A stretch of 64,000 nt of DNA from Patescibacteria group bacterium (GCA_018826905.1 JAHJYC010000005.1:46681-110680); one strand, 5' to 3'; positions 1-9,767 are shown, counted from the stretch's first letter. A program made the numbers and translations. Notes: a model not told the origin generated them from the sequence alone.

Positions 1-1
1 A

Positions 2-3000
2 ACAGACGATGATATTGTTCTAGGTTCCGGTCTCTACCTTCAAAACAGCGGAACAGTATACGGAAGCCAGTTAGTTAATCTATCTAGCGGCGATAATGCC
101 GCGGTCGGGGTTCCAAGCACAGGCGTGGTGATTAATCGGAATATAGCAGACGCGAACTCGGCGTTGCTGGTCTCACAGGTCCACGCAGGCTCGACAGGAG
201 ATATCGTGCAATTCCTAAACAGCGCAGGGGCGCAAGTAGTCATCAAGCAAAGCGGGAATGTTGGTATCGGCACCACCTCGCCGTCCTACCCGCTTGCAGT
301 TGAAGGGGACATAAATGCAAACGGCAAGTACCGCGTAAACGGAACACAGGTGCTCTACCTTCCGAATCAGACAAGCCTCACGGGCTCATTGATCTATGGA
401 AATGGAGGAAACTCGCTCTCTAACACTTCTGGAAACGAAGGACGTTACAACACTGGCCTTGGCCTCGGTGCGTTAACTGCAATGACCACGGGTAGCTTCA
501 ATACTGCTATCGGACAAAACGCCCTTGAAGACACCACTACGGGAACATTCAACGTAGGTCTCGGCGGCTCAGCGTTGTTCCAGAACATAACTGGTTCATT
601 TAACTTGGCCATCGGCTACTCAGCACTTGGTGGTTCAACAAGCAACAGTTCTACTGTAGCAATTGGTACTCAGACCGGTGACCGCGTGACTGCTGACGGC
701 GGAACCTATATTGGTCATCAAGCAGGACGTGGAGCTTCTACGTACTCATCCACCGGAACCACTGCCGTAGGTTTCCAGGCTGGTTCAATCGGAACACCAG
801 GAAACTACAACACCTTCCTTGGGTACCGTGCCGGATATATTGTCACTGGCGCAACGAACACATTGCTCGGCTATCAGGCAGGAGACAATGTAACGTCAGG
901 TTCAAATAACATTGTTATTGGAAACAACATTGACGCTCCTTCCGCAACGGCAAGTAACCAATTGAATATTGGAAACATAATCTTTGGTACTACTATCTCA
1001 GGAACCGGTACTACTCTCTCAACAGGAAATATTGGTATCGGCACCACAAACCCTCTTGCAAAACTTGTTGTTGTTGGAGGCAATGCGAACTCGTTCCGGA
1101 TAGATAACGCAGGAGAACAGTATACGTCTATGGACTACTACAATGCAGGTAGTTCCAAGGCAACCACCTACTACGATAATTCAGGCGCTGAGTTTGTAAT
1201 GCGTACAACTGGATCAGCAAGTATTGGCTTTGATACGAACCTCACCCGAAAAATGACGATAACGAGTGCAGGCAACGTTGGTATCGGTACCACGACGCCG
1301 GGCACCCTCTTGTCTATTAGCGGGTCAAGTGCTGCTCTTACTATAACGGATACACGAGACGTCACTGGATCTATCGGAGATGTGGTGAACAGCATTGATT
1401 TCAGGAGTAATGACGCTAGTAATCTTCTCGCAGGCGCAGTACGTACAAAGATAAGTAGTGTTGCAGAGGACATCTACTGGTCTCAGACGGGACTGGCATT
1501 CTCAACGCATAATGGAACAACACTTTCAGAAAAGTTACGAATCACTAATGCAGGCAGCGTTGGTATCGGTACAACGACTCCACAAGGTCAAATGCATGTA
1601 ATTGGGAACATTTTTGCAACCGGCTCAAATGGTGCAGGGGGGCCTGGTGGACTTGGTCTCGTCGCTATTCCAGGCTCTCCTATATCAGGGCGCCTTACGT
1701 ACGGTACAGATGGCACTGGGTGGATGTTCAGAATCGCAAAGAATCAGGGAGGTACTGTTACAGACCAATTTACTATCGTAGACAATGGAAACGTCGGTAT
1801 TGGTACCACAAGTCCAATTTCAACACTCCATGTAGAGAACACGATAGGGACGGCCTCAACGCAGCTCTCTATAGTAAATGGGGTGAGTAGCGACTTCACT
1901 GGTAGTTCCATCTTGCTTCAGTCAGCAAACACTGCACGAGGTAACGGTATATTCTCACTAAACGGTTCCTCAGAATGGTACATGGGTACTCCGTACTCTA
2001 ATGATGTGTTTACCATAGCTCGGTCTGCTACTGCGACACACTCAAATGCAACTGCGCAGCTGACAAATAGTCTTCTAACAATATATCCTACGGGCAAGGT
2101 CGGTATCGGTACATCAACTCCAGCAACAACGCTTGATGTGTACTCCAGTGGCAACACGGGGCTTCAGGTGGGCGGGCCTTCCACTGCAAGTCCATATATT
2201 CAATTGAATCAGGGGGCAGTGACAAGAGCATTTATGCAGTACAATAATGCTGGAGGCTATACTGAATATTACTCTTCGGCTCCACACTACTTCTCAACGA
2301 GTAATGTTGGTATCGGCGACACCTCTCCTGACGCCAAGTTGGATATTCTCCAAGCAAGCGATACATCCGCACAAGGTTTCCAGATAAGTCGCTCAAATGA
2401 TACGGATTATACAAGACTCTACATGTCAGCAGGTGTCGGCTCACTTAGCGATACCCTCATCTTTAATACTTCCTTCGGAGGAGATGTTGCTGCAATTGGC
2501 AGGGATGGAAGTGCATACTTTGCCGGCAACGTTGGCATTGGTACAGCGAGCCCTACAAAAAAGCTGCTAGTTGCAACGAACACAGTAAATGGAGACGGTA
2601 TCACTGTGGTCAATGGGAGCACCGGTTCATATCTCACTCTTGAGGCAAATGGTGCAACCGGCTTTGGTGTTAGTAAGTGGGCACACTCTACGGTGCTGGA
2701 GGCGGTTCCTTCCTCAACAGGAGGATTAGTGCTCGGTGCGTACACAGGGGATATAACCTTCCAGACATCAGGCAGAAGCAACAGCATGACTATACTCGAG
2801 AACGGCAACGTCGGTATCAATAACACGAGCCCTTCTTATAGATTTACGGTCTCAGACTCTACATCAAGCGGTATAGCAGGACGATTTGCGCAAGGCGGTC
2901 TAGGTAGTCCGTTCGGTATCTATGCAACTGCTTCAGGGGCGGGTACGCAGAACACAGCGGGATACTTCCAGGCAGGTAGTGCAACAACCAACATTGGAGT

Positions 3001-5197
3001 GAACGCAGATGTGGCAGTGGGCGCAAATAATTACGCTATCTATGCAGGAAACACAGCCAAGTCATACTTTGCTGGCAACGTTGGTGTTGGGCCTGCCTCT
3101 CCACTTTCTAAATTGCATGTTTCAGCAACTGCAGCTGCAAGTATGACCCTTGGTTCTCCTACAGGTGTAGGTCTCACAGTTTCTCCAACTGGAGGCGGCT
3201 ACGGTCTTAACTTTGGAGCAAACTCTGATGGAAAGTCTTGGATTCAAGGAGGACGTGTTGATGGAACTGCAACTGCATACAACATTAGTATGCAGGCGGC
3301 AGGCGGTAACGTCGGTATCGGTACCACAAACCCTTCAGGAATGCTCACTGTCGGTGGTGTCCAGAGCGGTAATGCAGGTCTTGAAATTGTCCCAGGATCG
3401 GGTATTACGATGCAGGCGTATAATCGCACGAGCGTTGCCTATGCTTCTTTGAGTCTAGACGGAACAGCAATCAACATGCGCCCAAGCGGAACAATCATGG
3501 CAATAGTTAACGGAAGCGGACTTTTTGTATCAAACCTTGTCTCTTGTGGAGGTGTGCAGACAAACGGCTCAGGACTCATGAGCTGTACGTCAGATGAAAA
3601 CCTTAAGGATGTAGAGAGTGAATTCACTTCTGGCCTTACGGCAATCCGTGGCATTACCCCACAGACCTACACATGGAAGGAGGGAACTGAGTACTTTGAT
3701 GGAGGAATCCAGTACTCAGGATTCATTGCGCAGAACGTAGGAGCAAATATCCCTGAAGCGATGTCTACAGGCGCAAGTGGATTCAAGCAAATCAACACCA
3801 CGACAATCCTTGCAGCATCTGTGAACGCAATTAAAGAACTGGGAGACCGTACTGACTCGCTTTCGCTCGCGACCTCAACACTCGCTTCACGCCTCACCGT
3901 ACTTGAAGCAGCATCGTCAACACCAAAGGCTGTTGCGGCAACTGACCTTACAGCAACAGGCATCATTGTGACGGGGAATGGCTCCTTCACAGAAACAGTG
4001 TCCGCAAAGCGCTTCACTGTTGCAAACATAGAGCAGAGCTTCTCAATAGGAAGCACCACTGTATCAGTTGAGCTCCCTTCAAATGTACTCACTACTACAG
4101 GAAATGCAGACCTCTATAAGGTTGCTACGTACGCTATTGCAAAAGTACAAGCACTTGCAGACAGAACAGATCTTCTTGCGACTCGTATTGATTCAATTGA
4201 GTCTCGTTTGGTTGCACTTGAGAACGCGACTACTTCAGTTACAAGTATTGCGACCGGCACTCTTGATCTTGCAACAACAACAATCAAACAAGCACTCCGC
4301 AGCCTCGGCATTATGATTGAAGACGGTATCGCGCAGTTCCAGACACTGGTCTTCCGTCAGCTCGCAGTGTCTCAAGACGAAGACGGTGCATCGTCTGCAG
4401 GACAAGAAACTATCCTAGAAGGGAACACTGCCGTAAGGGTGGAAAACCAGTTTGTGCTCACAACTTCAAAGATCTTCGTTACCTTCACGAGTCCTGTTGA
4501 GGGCGCGTGGTACATCAGCAACAAAGAGCAGGGAAGCTTCAGGGTTACACTTGAACGTGCACAATCTTCAGATGTAAGCTTTGACTACTTCATCCTTCAG
4601 ACTGAAGGCCAGCTCGCTTCACCTGCCGGTGCTCCGCAACCAGTACAACAACCGGCGCCGCTTCCAGCAGTACCGCCAACCTCAGATCAGCAGGGAGGAA
4701 ATGAAGGAGGTACTTCAGCACCAGAAAACACCTCTGGAGACACAACTGCCCCACAGATAACATTGAACGGACAAGCAGCAAGAGAAATCACAAAGGGAAG
4801 TAGTTGGACTGATCCAGGAGCAACTGCAACAGATGAGACTGATGGAGATCTCACGGCAGCTATACAAAAAACAGGCTCTGTAGATACAAATACAGTAGGC
4901 ACCTACACAATCTCTTACTCCGTCTCTGATGCCGCAGGAAACGAGGGCCACGTATCACGCATTGTGACTGTTAAGGAAGGTACAACTTCAGGATCTGGTA
5001 CTACTCCAGCTCCAGCACCTACCCCGGCTCCAGCTCCAGCACCTGAGCCAACACCCGAACCTGCGCCAGCTCCTGCCCCTGCGCCAGCACCTACCCCGGC
5101 TCCAGCTCCCGCTCCCGCGCCTGCACCAGCTCCTGCCCCTGCGCCAGCACCTACCCCGGCTCCGGCTCCAGCTCCCGCGCCTGCACCAGCAGCGTAG
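2..5197 (+). CDS. Giant surface / tail-fibre-like repeat protein, 5' truncated by the window edge. It carries about 11 GNVGIGTTxP...L repeats, an internal peptidase-S74 intramolecular-chaperone domain (SDENLKDV autocleavage motif, ~3590-3960), a coiled coil, a DUF5011-like Ig domain (~4740-4975) and a C-terminal (PAPAPT)n tail.
   Basis: The reading frame is open from base 2 with no upstream stop; the ORF track gives 125..5197. The NVGIGTTSP/NPLAKL-type motif recurs through the first ~3.3 kb. 'SDENLKDVESEF...TYTWKEGTEYFDGGIQYSGFIAQNV' matches the endosialidase / T5 pb1-type chaperone-of-endosialidase domain. Confidence 0.75.
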   Translation, partial: TDDDIVLGSGLYLQNSGTVYGSQLVNLSSGDNAAVGVPSTGVVINRNIADANSALLVSQVHAGSTGDIVQFLNSAGAQVVIKQSGNVGIGTTSPSYPLAVEGDINANGKYRVNGTQVLYLPNQTSLTGSLIYGNGGNSLSNTSGNEGRYNTGLGLGALTAMTTGSFNTAIGQNALEDTTTGTFNVGLGGSALFQNITGSFNLAIGYSALGGSTSNSSTVAIGTQTGDRVTADGGTYIGHQAGRGASTYSSTGTTAVGFQAGSIGTPGNYNTFLGYRAGYIVTGATNTLLGYQAGDNVTSGSNNIVIGNNIDAPSATASNQLNIGNIIFGTTISGTGTTLSTGNIGIGTTNPLAKLVVVGGNANSFRIDNAGEQYTSMDYYNAGSSKATTYYDNSGAEFVMRTTGSASIGFDTNLTRKMTITSAGNVGIGTTTPGTLLSISGSSAALTITDTRDVTGSIGDVVNSIDFRSNDASNLLAGAVRTKISSVAEDIYWSQTGLAFSTHNGTTLSEKLRITNAGSVGIGTTTPQGQMHVIGNIFATGSNGAGGPGGLGLVAIPGSPISGRLTYGTDGTGWMFRIAKNQGGTVTDQFTIVDNGNVGIGTTSPISTLHVENTIGTASTQLSIVNGVSSDFTGSSILLQSANTARGNGIFSLNGSSEWYMGTPYSNDVFTIARSATATHSNATAQLTNSLLTIYPTGKVGIGTSTPATTLDVYSSGNTGLQVGGPSTASPYIQLNQGAVTRAFMQYNNAGGYTEYYSSAPHYFSTSNVGIGDTSPDAKLDILQASDTSAQGFQISRSNDTDYTRLYMSAGVGSLSDTLIFNTSFGGDVAAIGRDGSAYFAGNVGIGTASPTKKLLVATNTVNGDGITVVNGSTGSYLTLEANGATGFGVSKWAHSTVLEAVPSSTGGLVLGAYTGDITFQTSGRSNSMTILENGNVGINNTSPSYRFTVSDSTSSGIAGRFAQGGLGSPFGIYATASGAGTQNTAGYFQAGSATTNIGVNADVAVGANNYAIYAGNTAKSYFAGNVGVGPASPLSKLHVSATAAASMTLGSPTGVGLTVSPTGGGYGLNFGANSDGKSWIQGGRVDGTATAYNISMQAAGGNVGIGTTNPSGMLTVGGVQSGNAGLEIVPGSGITMQAYNRTSVAYASLSLDGTAINMRPSGTIMAIVNGSGLFVSNLVSCGGVQTNGSGLMSCTSDENLKDVESEFTSGLTAIRGITPQTYTWKEGTEYFDGGIQYSGFIAQNVGANIPEAMSTGASGFKQINTTTILAASVNAIKELGDRTDSLSLATSTLASRLTVLEAASSTPKAVAATDLTATGIIVTGNGSFTETVSAKRFTVANIEQSFSIGSTTVSVELPSNVLTTTGNADLYKVATYAIAKVQALADRTDLLATRIDSIESRLVALENATTSVTSIATGTLDLATTTIKQALRSLGIMIEDGIAQFQTLVFRQLAVSQDEDGASSAGQETILEGNTAVRVENQFVLTTSKIFVTFTSPVEGAWYISNKEQGSFRVTLERAQSSDVSFDYFILQTEGQLASPAGAPQPVQQPAPLPAVPPTSDQQGGNEGGTSAPENTSGDTTAPQITLNGQAAREITKGSSWTDPGATATDETDGDLTAAIQKTGSVDTNTVGTYTISYSVSDAAGNEGHVSRIVTVKEGTTSGSGTTPAPAPTPAPAPAPEPTPEPAPAPAPAPAPTPAPAPAPAPAPAPAPAPAPTPAPAPAPAPAPAA
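4984..5194 (+). repeat. Coding tandem repeat: imperfect 60-bp units (at least two near-identical copies at ~5068-5127 and 5128-5187) encoding a (PAPAPT)n low-complexity tail.
   Basis: Direct repetition of 'agctcctgcccctgcgccagcacctaccccggctcc(a/g)gctcc...' is visible in the sequence. It is translated as TPAPAPAPAPAPAP... Confidence 0.8.
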
Positions 5198-5265
5198 CAG
5201 TGTGGGGATTGCCCTCATATATTCAGTGCTAGACTAAGGATATATAAGTTAGTGAACTATCTGGT

Positions 5266-6276
5266 ATGGCACTGCGTGTAGCAATCAATGGATTTGGAAG
5301 AATAGGAAGGGCATTTGTACGACACTCTTGGGACAATCCAGAGATAGAGCTCGTTGCAGTGAATGACTTGGGGTCAGTAGAGAACCTTGCATACCTGCTT
5401 AAATACGACACCGTCTATGGAAAAGCACCGTTTTCTGTAGAGGTGCAAGACGGAAACCTCCGTATTAACGGAAAAGAGGTTCGTTTCCTCTCAGAAAAAG
5501 ATCCCGCACTCCTTCCTTGGAAAGATGTAGGAGTTGATGTAGTTGTTGAATCAACTGGATTCTTTACGAACTACGAGAAGGCAAATGCACACGTAGCTGC
5601 CGGCGCTCGCCGTGTGGTTATTTCAGGTCCTGTGAAGGAAGAGAATCCGCTTGGTGCAACAGTGCTCATGGGGCTTGATGAGAGCAAGATCGGTACCTGT
5701 GCCATAACAAGCAATGCGTCTTGTACGACAAACGCATCCTCTCCTGTTATTGCCATTCTTGACGAAACTATTGGTATTGAGAAAGCAGTGCTCTCCACAA
5801 CACACGCCTACACAGCAAGTCAGTCAATCGTGGATGGTCCTGCAAAGAAAGACATACGCGAGGGAAGAGCAGCAGCACAAAATATTGTTCCTACCTCAAC
5901 AGGAGCAGCTGTTGCAGTAACAAAAGCGTACCCTGCCCTTGAAGGAAAGTTTGATGGTATTTCACTCCGCGTTCCTGTACCTGCGGGATCTATTGCGGAC
6001 ATTACGTTTATCGCCAAGAGAAACACCACCAAAGAAGAGGTAAACGACATATTGAGAGCAGCTGCGAAAGACCCACACTGGGAAGGATTGTTCGCTGCTT
6101 CAGATGAAGAACTTGTATCAAGCGACATAATAAATGAGAAGTACGCCTCAATTGCAGATCTTGCGATGACGCGAGTAGTTGATGGAAATCTCGTAAAGGT
6201 ACTTGCGTGGTACGACAACGAAGCGGGGTACACAGCGACACTGGTGCGCCATGTACTGAAGGCGGGGAAGCAATAA
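5266..6276 (+). CDS. gap: Glyceraldehyde-3-phosphate dehydrogenase.
   Basis: N-terminal NGFGRIGR Rossmann motif, active-site 'ASCTTN' and the C-terminal WYDNE motif. 336 aa. Confidence 0.92.
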   Translation: MALRVAINGFGRIGRAFVRHSWDNPEIELVAVNDLGSVENLAYLLKYDTVYGKAPFSVEVQDGNLRINGKEVRFLSEKDPALLPWKDVGVDVVVESTGFFTNYEKANAHVAAGARRVVISGPVKEENPLGATVLMGLDESKIGTCAITSNASCTTNASSPVIAILDETIGIEKAVLSTTHAYTASQSIVDGPAKKDIREGRAAAQNIVPTSTGAAVAVTKAYPALEGKFDGISLRVPVPAGSIADITFIAKRNTTKEEVNDILRAAAKDPHWEGLFAASDEELVSSDIINEKYASIADLAMTRVVDGNLVKVLAWYDNEAGYTATLVRHVLKAGKQ

Positions 6277-6279
6277 TCT

Positions 6280-6819
6280 ATGATGACGGAAAGACTTAAT
6301 TCCCGTCAAAAAGGATTCACCCTGATAGAGCTACTTGTTGTTATCGCTATCATTGGTCTTTTGTCTTCCGTTGTTCTTGCGTCACTGAATACAGCGAGAG
6401 TTAAGTCACGAGATGCAAAACGCATTCAGGATCTTACCAGTATTAGGACTGCGCTTGAACTGCATTTTCTGGACAGAGGATATTATCCGCAATCGGGATG
6501 CGGATGGGACTGTAACGGGTATCGGTACAGCTACGACTCCTCGTGGACAACGCTTGCAGCTGATCTTGCTCCTTACATAAAGCAACTACCAGTAGATCCA
6601 TTGAATGCTCCAGGGTGCGGCCCATGGGGTAATGGGTGCTACACCTATGCCTATGGAAATGTTGGAAGAAATACCTATCCACACCAGTATGACCTCACGG
6701 CACAACTTGAAGACCCTACTAGTTCGCACCGATGTTCTGTAAAGGGATACCTGTTTTATTTCAATAATCAGCCGTGGTGTGGAGGGTACTCTGGACAGAT
6801 ATATGAAGCTTCAAGATAA
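6280..6819 (+). CDS. Type IV pilin-like / pseudopilin protein with a prepilin-type N-terminal cleavage-methylation domain.
   Basis: 'KGFTLIELLVVIAIIGLLSSVVLASLNTAR' class-III signal peptide with a G^F cleavage site. Confidence 0.8.
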   Translation: MMTERLNSRQKGFTLIELLVVIAIIGLLSSVVLASLNTARVKSRDAKRIQDLTSIRTALELHFLDRGYYPQSGCGWDCNGYRYSYDSSWTTLAADLAPYIKQLPVDPLNAPGCGPWGNGCYTYAYGNVGRNTYPHQYDLTAQLEDPTSSHRCSVKGYLFYFNNQPWCGGYSGQIYEASR

Positions 6820-6841
6820 AAGTAAGTGGTATGCTTAAGAT

Positions 6842-7093
6842 ATGAAAGAGGTTCAATTTGATGGAGAACAGTATAGGACTCCTAGGTACCAAGCCCCAAA
6901 GAAGAAAGGATTCGCAGAGATGCTTATTGCCTGGGGAATAGTTAAGAATGAACAGCAGGCAGGATATGTACTAGCGGGAGGTGCGGCTACAGTGCTCATT
7001 CTCTCTCTTTTTATTTTTTTATCGGGAGGAACGAGTACACTGAATAAGAACCCTTCACTTGTTCCTGAAATTGCCGTACCAATCGGCCCTTAA
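6842..7093 (+). CDS. Small single-TM membrane protein. It is paralogous to ORFs 13049..13285 and 42355..42594, each of which is adjacent to a pilin gene.
   Basis: 83 aa. Shared pattern: F-D/N-x-E-Q ... KKP/KKG ... LAKD/VKNEQ ... TM helix ... Pro-rich C-terminus. Confidence 0.5.
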   Translation: MKEVQFDGEQYRTPRYQAPKKKGFAEMLIAWGIVKNEQQAGYVLAGGAATVLILSLFIFLSGGTSTLNKNPSLVPEIAVPIGP

Positions 7094-7096
7094 CCT

Positions 7097-7585
7097 ATGA
7101 CTATATATATTGCCGCAGATCATACTGGTATCATTTTAAAAACGGCACTCGTTGAGTATCTCCAAGAAGCACTTTCATACGAAGTTGAAGACATGGGAGC
7201 ACATGAAATTGCTCCAGACGATGATTATCCAGACTATGTAGTGCCGTGCGCTAAGAAAGTAGTCGCGAACCAAGGATCTCTTGGGATTGTAATCGGTGGT
7301 TCAGGTCAAGGAGAAGCAATGGCAGCGAACCGTGTATCTGGGGTGCGTGCCGCGCTCTTTTACGGACAAGCCCACGCAACAGGTCCTATTGATGCGCTCG
7401 GCGCACCAGCCCTGGACGGGTACGATATCATCCGTCTTGCAAGAGAACACAACAACGCAAACATACTTTCTCTTGCTGCGCGGTTTATAACTTTGGACGA
7501 TGCGAAAGAGGCAGTACGCATTTTCCTCTCAGCAGGATTTACGGCAGACGAGCGACATGTACGACGCATTCAAAAGCTCGGCTAA
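7097..7585 (+). CDS. rpiB: Ribose-5-phosphate isomerase B (RpiB/LacAB family). It has the Glu-type active site seen in mycobacterial RpiB (GGSGQGE).
   Basis: 'IYIAADHTGIILK...GIVIGGSGQGEAMAANR' aligns with the RpiB family. Confidence 0.8.
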   Translation: MTIYIAADHTGIILKTALVEYLQEALSYEVEDMGAHEIAPDDDYPDYVVPCAKKVVANQGSLGIVIGGSGQGEAMAANRVSGVRAALFYGQAHATGPIDALGAPALDGYDIIRLAREHNNANILSLAARFITLDDAKEAVRIFLSAGFTADERHVRRIQKLG

Positions 7586-7589
7586 CACT

Positions 7590-8306
7590 ATGGCTATTAT
7601 CATTCCAGCAATTATCCCTACCTCTAAAGAACATCTTGAAGAGTCTCTTCTGAAGCTCAAAGGGCTCTGTTCTGAAGTACAGGTAGATGTAGTTGATGGA
7701 ACATTTGCGTCTCCTTTGTCATGGCCCTATGGAACAAAGGATCTAACGGCAATGCACGATGAAGGAGAAATGCTCCCAGGGTGCGGAGAGTTCAGCTTTG
7801 AAATTGATCTCATGAGTGCCGATCCTGAGACAGACACAGGACCATGGATAACGGTGGGAGCTACACGGGTAACTGTTCATGCAGAAAGCACCCCGTACCT
7901 AAATCGTTTCTTTAAGAATATCCGTGGCGAGTACGGACATGACAAAGATTTTGTGTCAGACTTGCTTTCAATTGGGCTTGCAGTTGGTATTGAAACAGAC
8001 ACTGCTCTCCTAGAGCCCTATCTTGAAGACGTTGAGTACGTACAATTCATGGGAATTCGTTCTATTGGAAAACAAGGACAGGGGTTTGATTCTCGCGTCT
8101 TGCCGAAGATACGCGCATTTAAGAAGAAGTATCCGAATATACCCATTCAAGTAGATGGAGGAGTATCTCTAACTACTGCACCTGGGTTACTTGAGGCAGG
8201 AGCATCTCGTCTCGTTGTTGGTTCTGCACTGTGGAACTCTGCAGACCTTAAGGAAGAACTAGAGAAGTTTATATCACTCACAGAACGACACGGTATCTAC
8301 GGATAG
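7590..8306 (+). CDS. rpe: Ribulose-phosphate 3-epimerase-family TIM-barrel protein (divergent).
   Basis: 'IIPAIIPTS...VQVDVVDGTFASP...FEIDLMSA...VTVHAES...IQVDGGVS...AGASRLVVGSALW' parallels the RPE motifs IAPSILSAD / HFDVMDNHYVPN / DVHLMV / EVDGGV. The start was set at ATG 7590, just after the rpiB stop, rather than the overlapping ORF-track start at 7500. Confidence 0.65.
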   Translation: MAIIIPAIIPTSKEHLEESLLKLKGLCSEVQVDVVDGTFASPLSWPYGTKDLTAMHDEGEMLPGCGEFSFEIDLMSADPETDTGPWITVGATRVTVHAESTPYLNRFFKNIRGEYGHDKDFVSDLLSIGLAVGIETDTALLEPYLEDVEYVQFMGIRSIGKQGQGFDSRVLPKIRAFKKKYPNIPIQVDGGVSLTTAPGLLEAGASRLVVGSALWNSADLKEELEKFISLTERHGIYG

Positions 8307-9185
8307 GTGCATGGTATTCTCTATATAATGTCACGTACTGATACTGAGCTCGCTCTACTTGATACAAAAGCCGCAGCAATACGCGAAACAATTCTAGACA
8401 TGCTTGTTGCGGCAGGCTCAGGACATACTGCAGGGCCCTTAGGTATGGCAGATATCTTCGCTGCCTTTTATTTTGATGTACTTGTGCATGACCCGAAGAA
8501 TCCAGAATGGGAAGAGAGAGACCGGCTACTGCTCTCCAATGGACATATTGTACCGGTACAGTACGCCACCATGGCGCATTCGGGGTATTTTCCTGTAGAA
8601 GAATGCCTCACGCTCCGCAAGTTTGGCAGTCGTCTGCAAGGACACCCTGAACGAGACCGGTTGCCGGGCCTTGAGACAACATCTGGCCCGCTTGGGTCAG
8701 GACTTTCTCAAGCCTCTGGTATGGCATACGCATTTCGAATGGATGGAAAGAAAAATCGTGTGTACTGCTTGATGTCAGATGGAGAGCAACAGGAAGGAAA
8801 CATATGGGAAGCAGTTATGTTTGCAGGCAAGAACCGTCTCTCAAATCTTACGGCTGTTATGGACCGCAACAACATTCAGATAGACGGAATGACAGAAGAC
8901 GTTATGCCGCTGGAGTCTTTAGCAGCAAAATACGAAGCATTCAACTGGCATGTTCTTGAGGTAAACGGACACAACATCTCAGAATTTATTGATGCCGTTG
9001 AAACAGCAAAGGCAGTGTACGAGAAACCAACACTCATCATTGCACACACAATTCCAGGGAAAGGAGTTCCTGAGATTGAGTTTGACTACAAGTGGCACGG
9101 AAAGCCACCCTCAAAGGAAGAAGCAAAGCGCTTTATTCAGCAATTACGCTCGGGAGCGGGAAGGGTGCCGAACGAGTATGCCTAA
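8307..9185 (+). CDS. tkt: Transketolase N-terminal subunit (thiamine-diphosphate-binding half of a split transketolase).
   Basis: 'GSGHTAGPLGMADIFAAFYF...LLSNGH' TPP-binding motifs. 292 aa, which is half-length. An alternative start is ATG 8328. Confidence 0.85.
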   Translation: MHGILYIMSRTDTELALLDTKAAAIRETILDMLVAAGSGHTAGPLGMADIFAAFYFDVLVHDPKNPEWEERDRLLLSNGHIVPVQYATMAHSGYFPVEECLTLRKFGSRLQGHPERDRLPGLETTSGPLGSGLSQASGMAYAFRMDGKKNRVYCLMSDGEQQEGNIWEAVMFAGKNRLSNLTAVMDRNNIQIDGMTEDVMPLESLAAKYEAFNWHVLEVNGHNISEFIDAVETAKAVYEKPTLIIAHTIPGKGVPEIEFDYKWHGKPPSKEEAKRFIQQLRSGAGRVPNEYA

Positions 9186-9729
9186 GAGAGGATTCACACT
9201 CATAGAACTTCTCGTTGTTATTGCAATTATCGGCATTCTTTCTTCAGTGGTGCTTGCTTCTTTGAATACTGCTCGCGAGAAAGCAAAAGTAGCAAACGCA
9301 GTGTCTCAACTAAGACAGTTTCGTAATGTGGTGGCGTTGTATTTTACGGACACCGGACAGTATCCTGCAGGGTGTGGACTAAGTTGCACAGCGAGTACTG
9401 ACCCGTATTTAAATGCACTTGGTGTTCCTGGGTGGAACGGCCCGTATTTTGCAGGTGGTGTGTGGAATCTAGAACACCCATGGGGAGGACACTTCACCAT
9501 AGACAGTGCTGACCTTACGGGAGACGGTCAGCCAGAGATGTATTTCTTTCTGGACGAGGATGCACCAGGAACCAATAGTAGCGACAACACGGGAATCATA
9601 CCGTTGTCTGCTCTCCTTGCCATTGATAAAACTCTTGATGATGGAGATCTTGCAACAGGAAACTTGCGTGGCAATGGACTTGGCTTTACCTCAGCCGTAG
9701 GGGAGTTGGTGTACGCACCTCAATTTTAA
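9178..9729 (+). CDS. Type IV pilin-like protein (prepilin N-terminal domain).
   Basis: 'MPKRGFTLIELLVVIAIIGILSSVVLASLNTAREKAK'. ATG 9178 overlaps the tkt-N stop by 8 bp. The ORF-track upstream extension was rejected. Confidence 0.8.
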   Translation: MPKRGFTLIELLVVIAIIGILSSVVLASLNTAREKAKVANAVSQLRQFRNVVALYFTDTGQYPAGCGLSCTASTDPYLNALGVPGWNGPYFAGGVWNLEHPWGGHFTIDSADLTGDGQPEMYFFLDEDAPGTNSSDNTGIIPLSALLAIDKTLDDGDLATGNLRGNGLGFTSAVGELVYAPQF

Positions 9730-9767
9730 ATACTCCGCGTCCCTTCCTACGGTATACTTATACAAAT

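Noticed and set aside
3213-4316. Numerous short ORFs on both strands embedded in the giant repeat gene and in rpoB/rpoC.
   Set aside because: They lie entirely within long homologous CDSs and arise from the repeat and GC structure.
2-5197. Calling the window start a prophage because of the tail-fibre/S74 protein.
   Set aside because: No other phage genes (terminase, capsid, integrase) are visible. The downstream genes are chromosomal housekeeping genes. The fibre protein could be a domesticated surface adhesin.
7500-7589. ORF-track N-terminal extensions that overlap upstream genes: rpe-like 7500, pilin 8989, rplY 13661, pilin 41560, rpmF 43408, prfA 21901 and fba 11980.
   Set aside because: Homology begins at internal ATGs, which sit just after the upstream stops or terminators. 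The extensions lack conserved sequence and would overlap well-supported genes.
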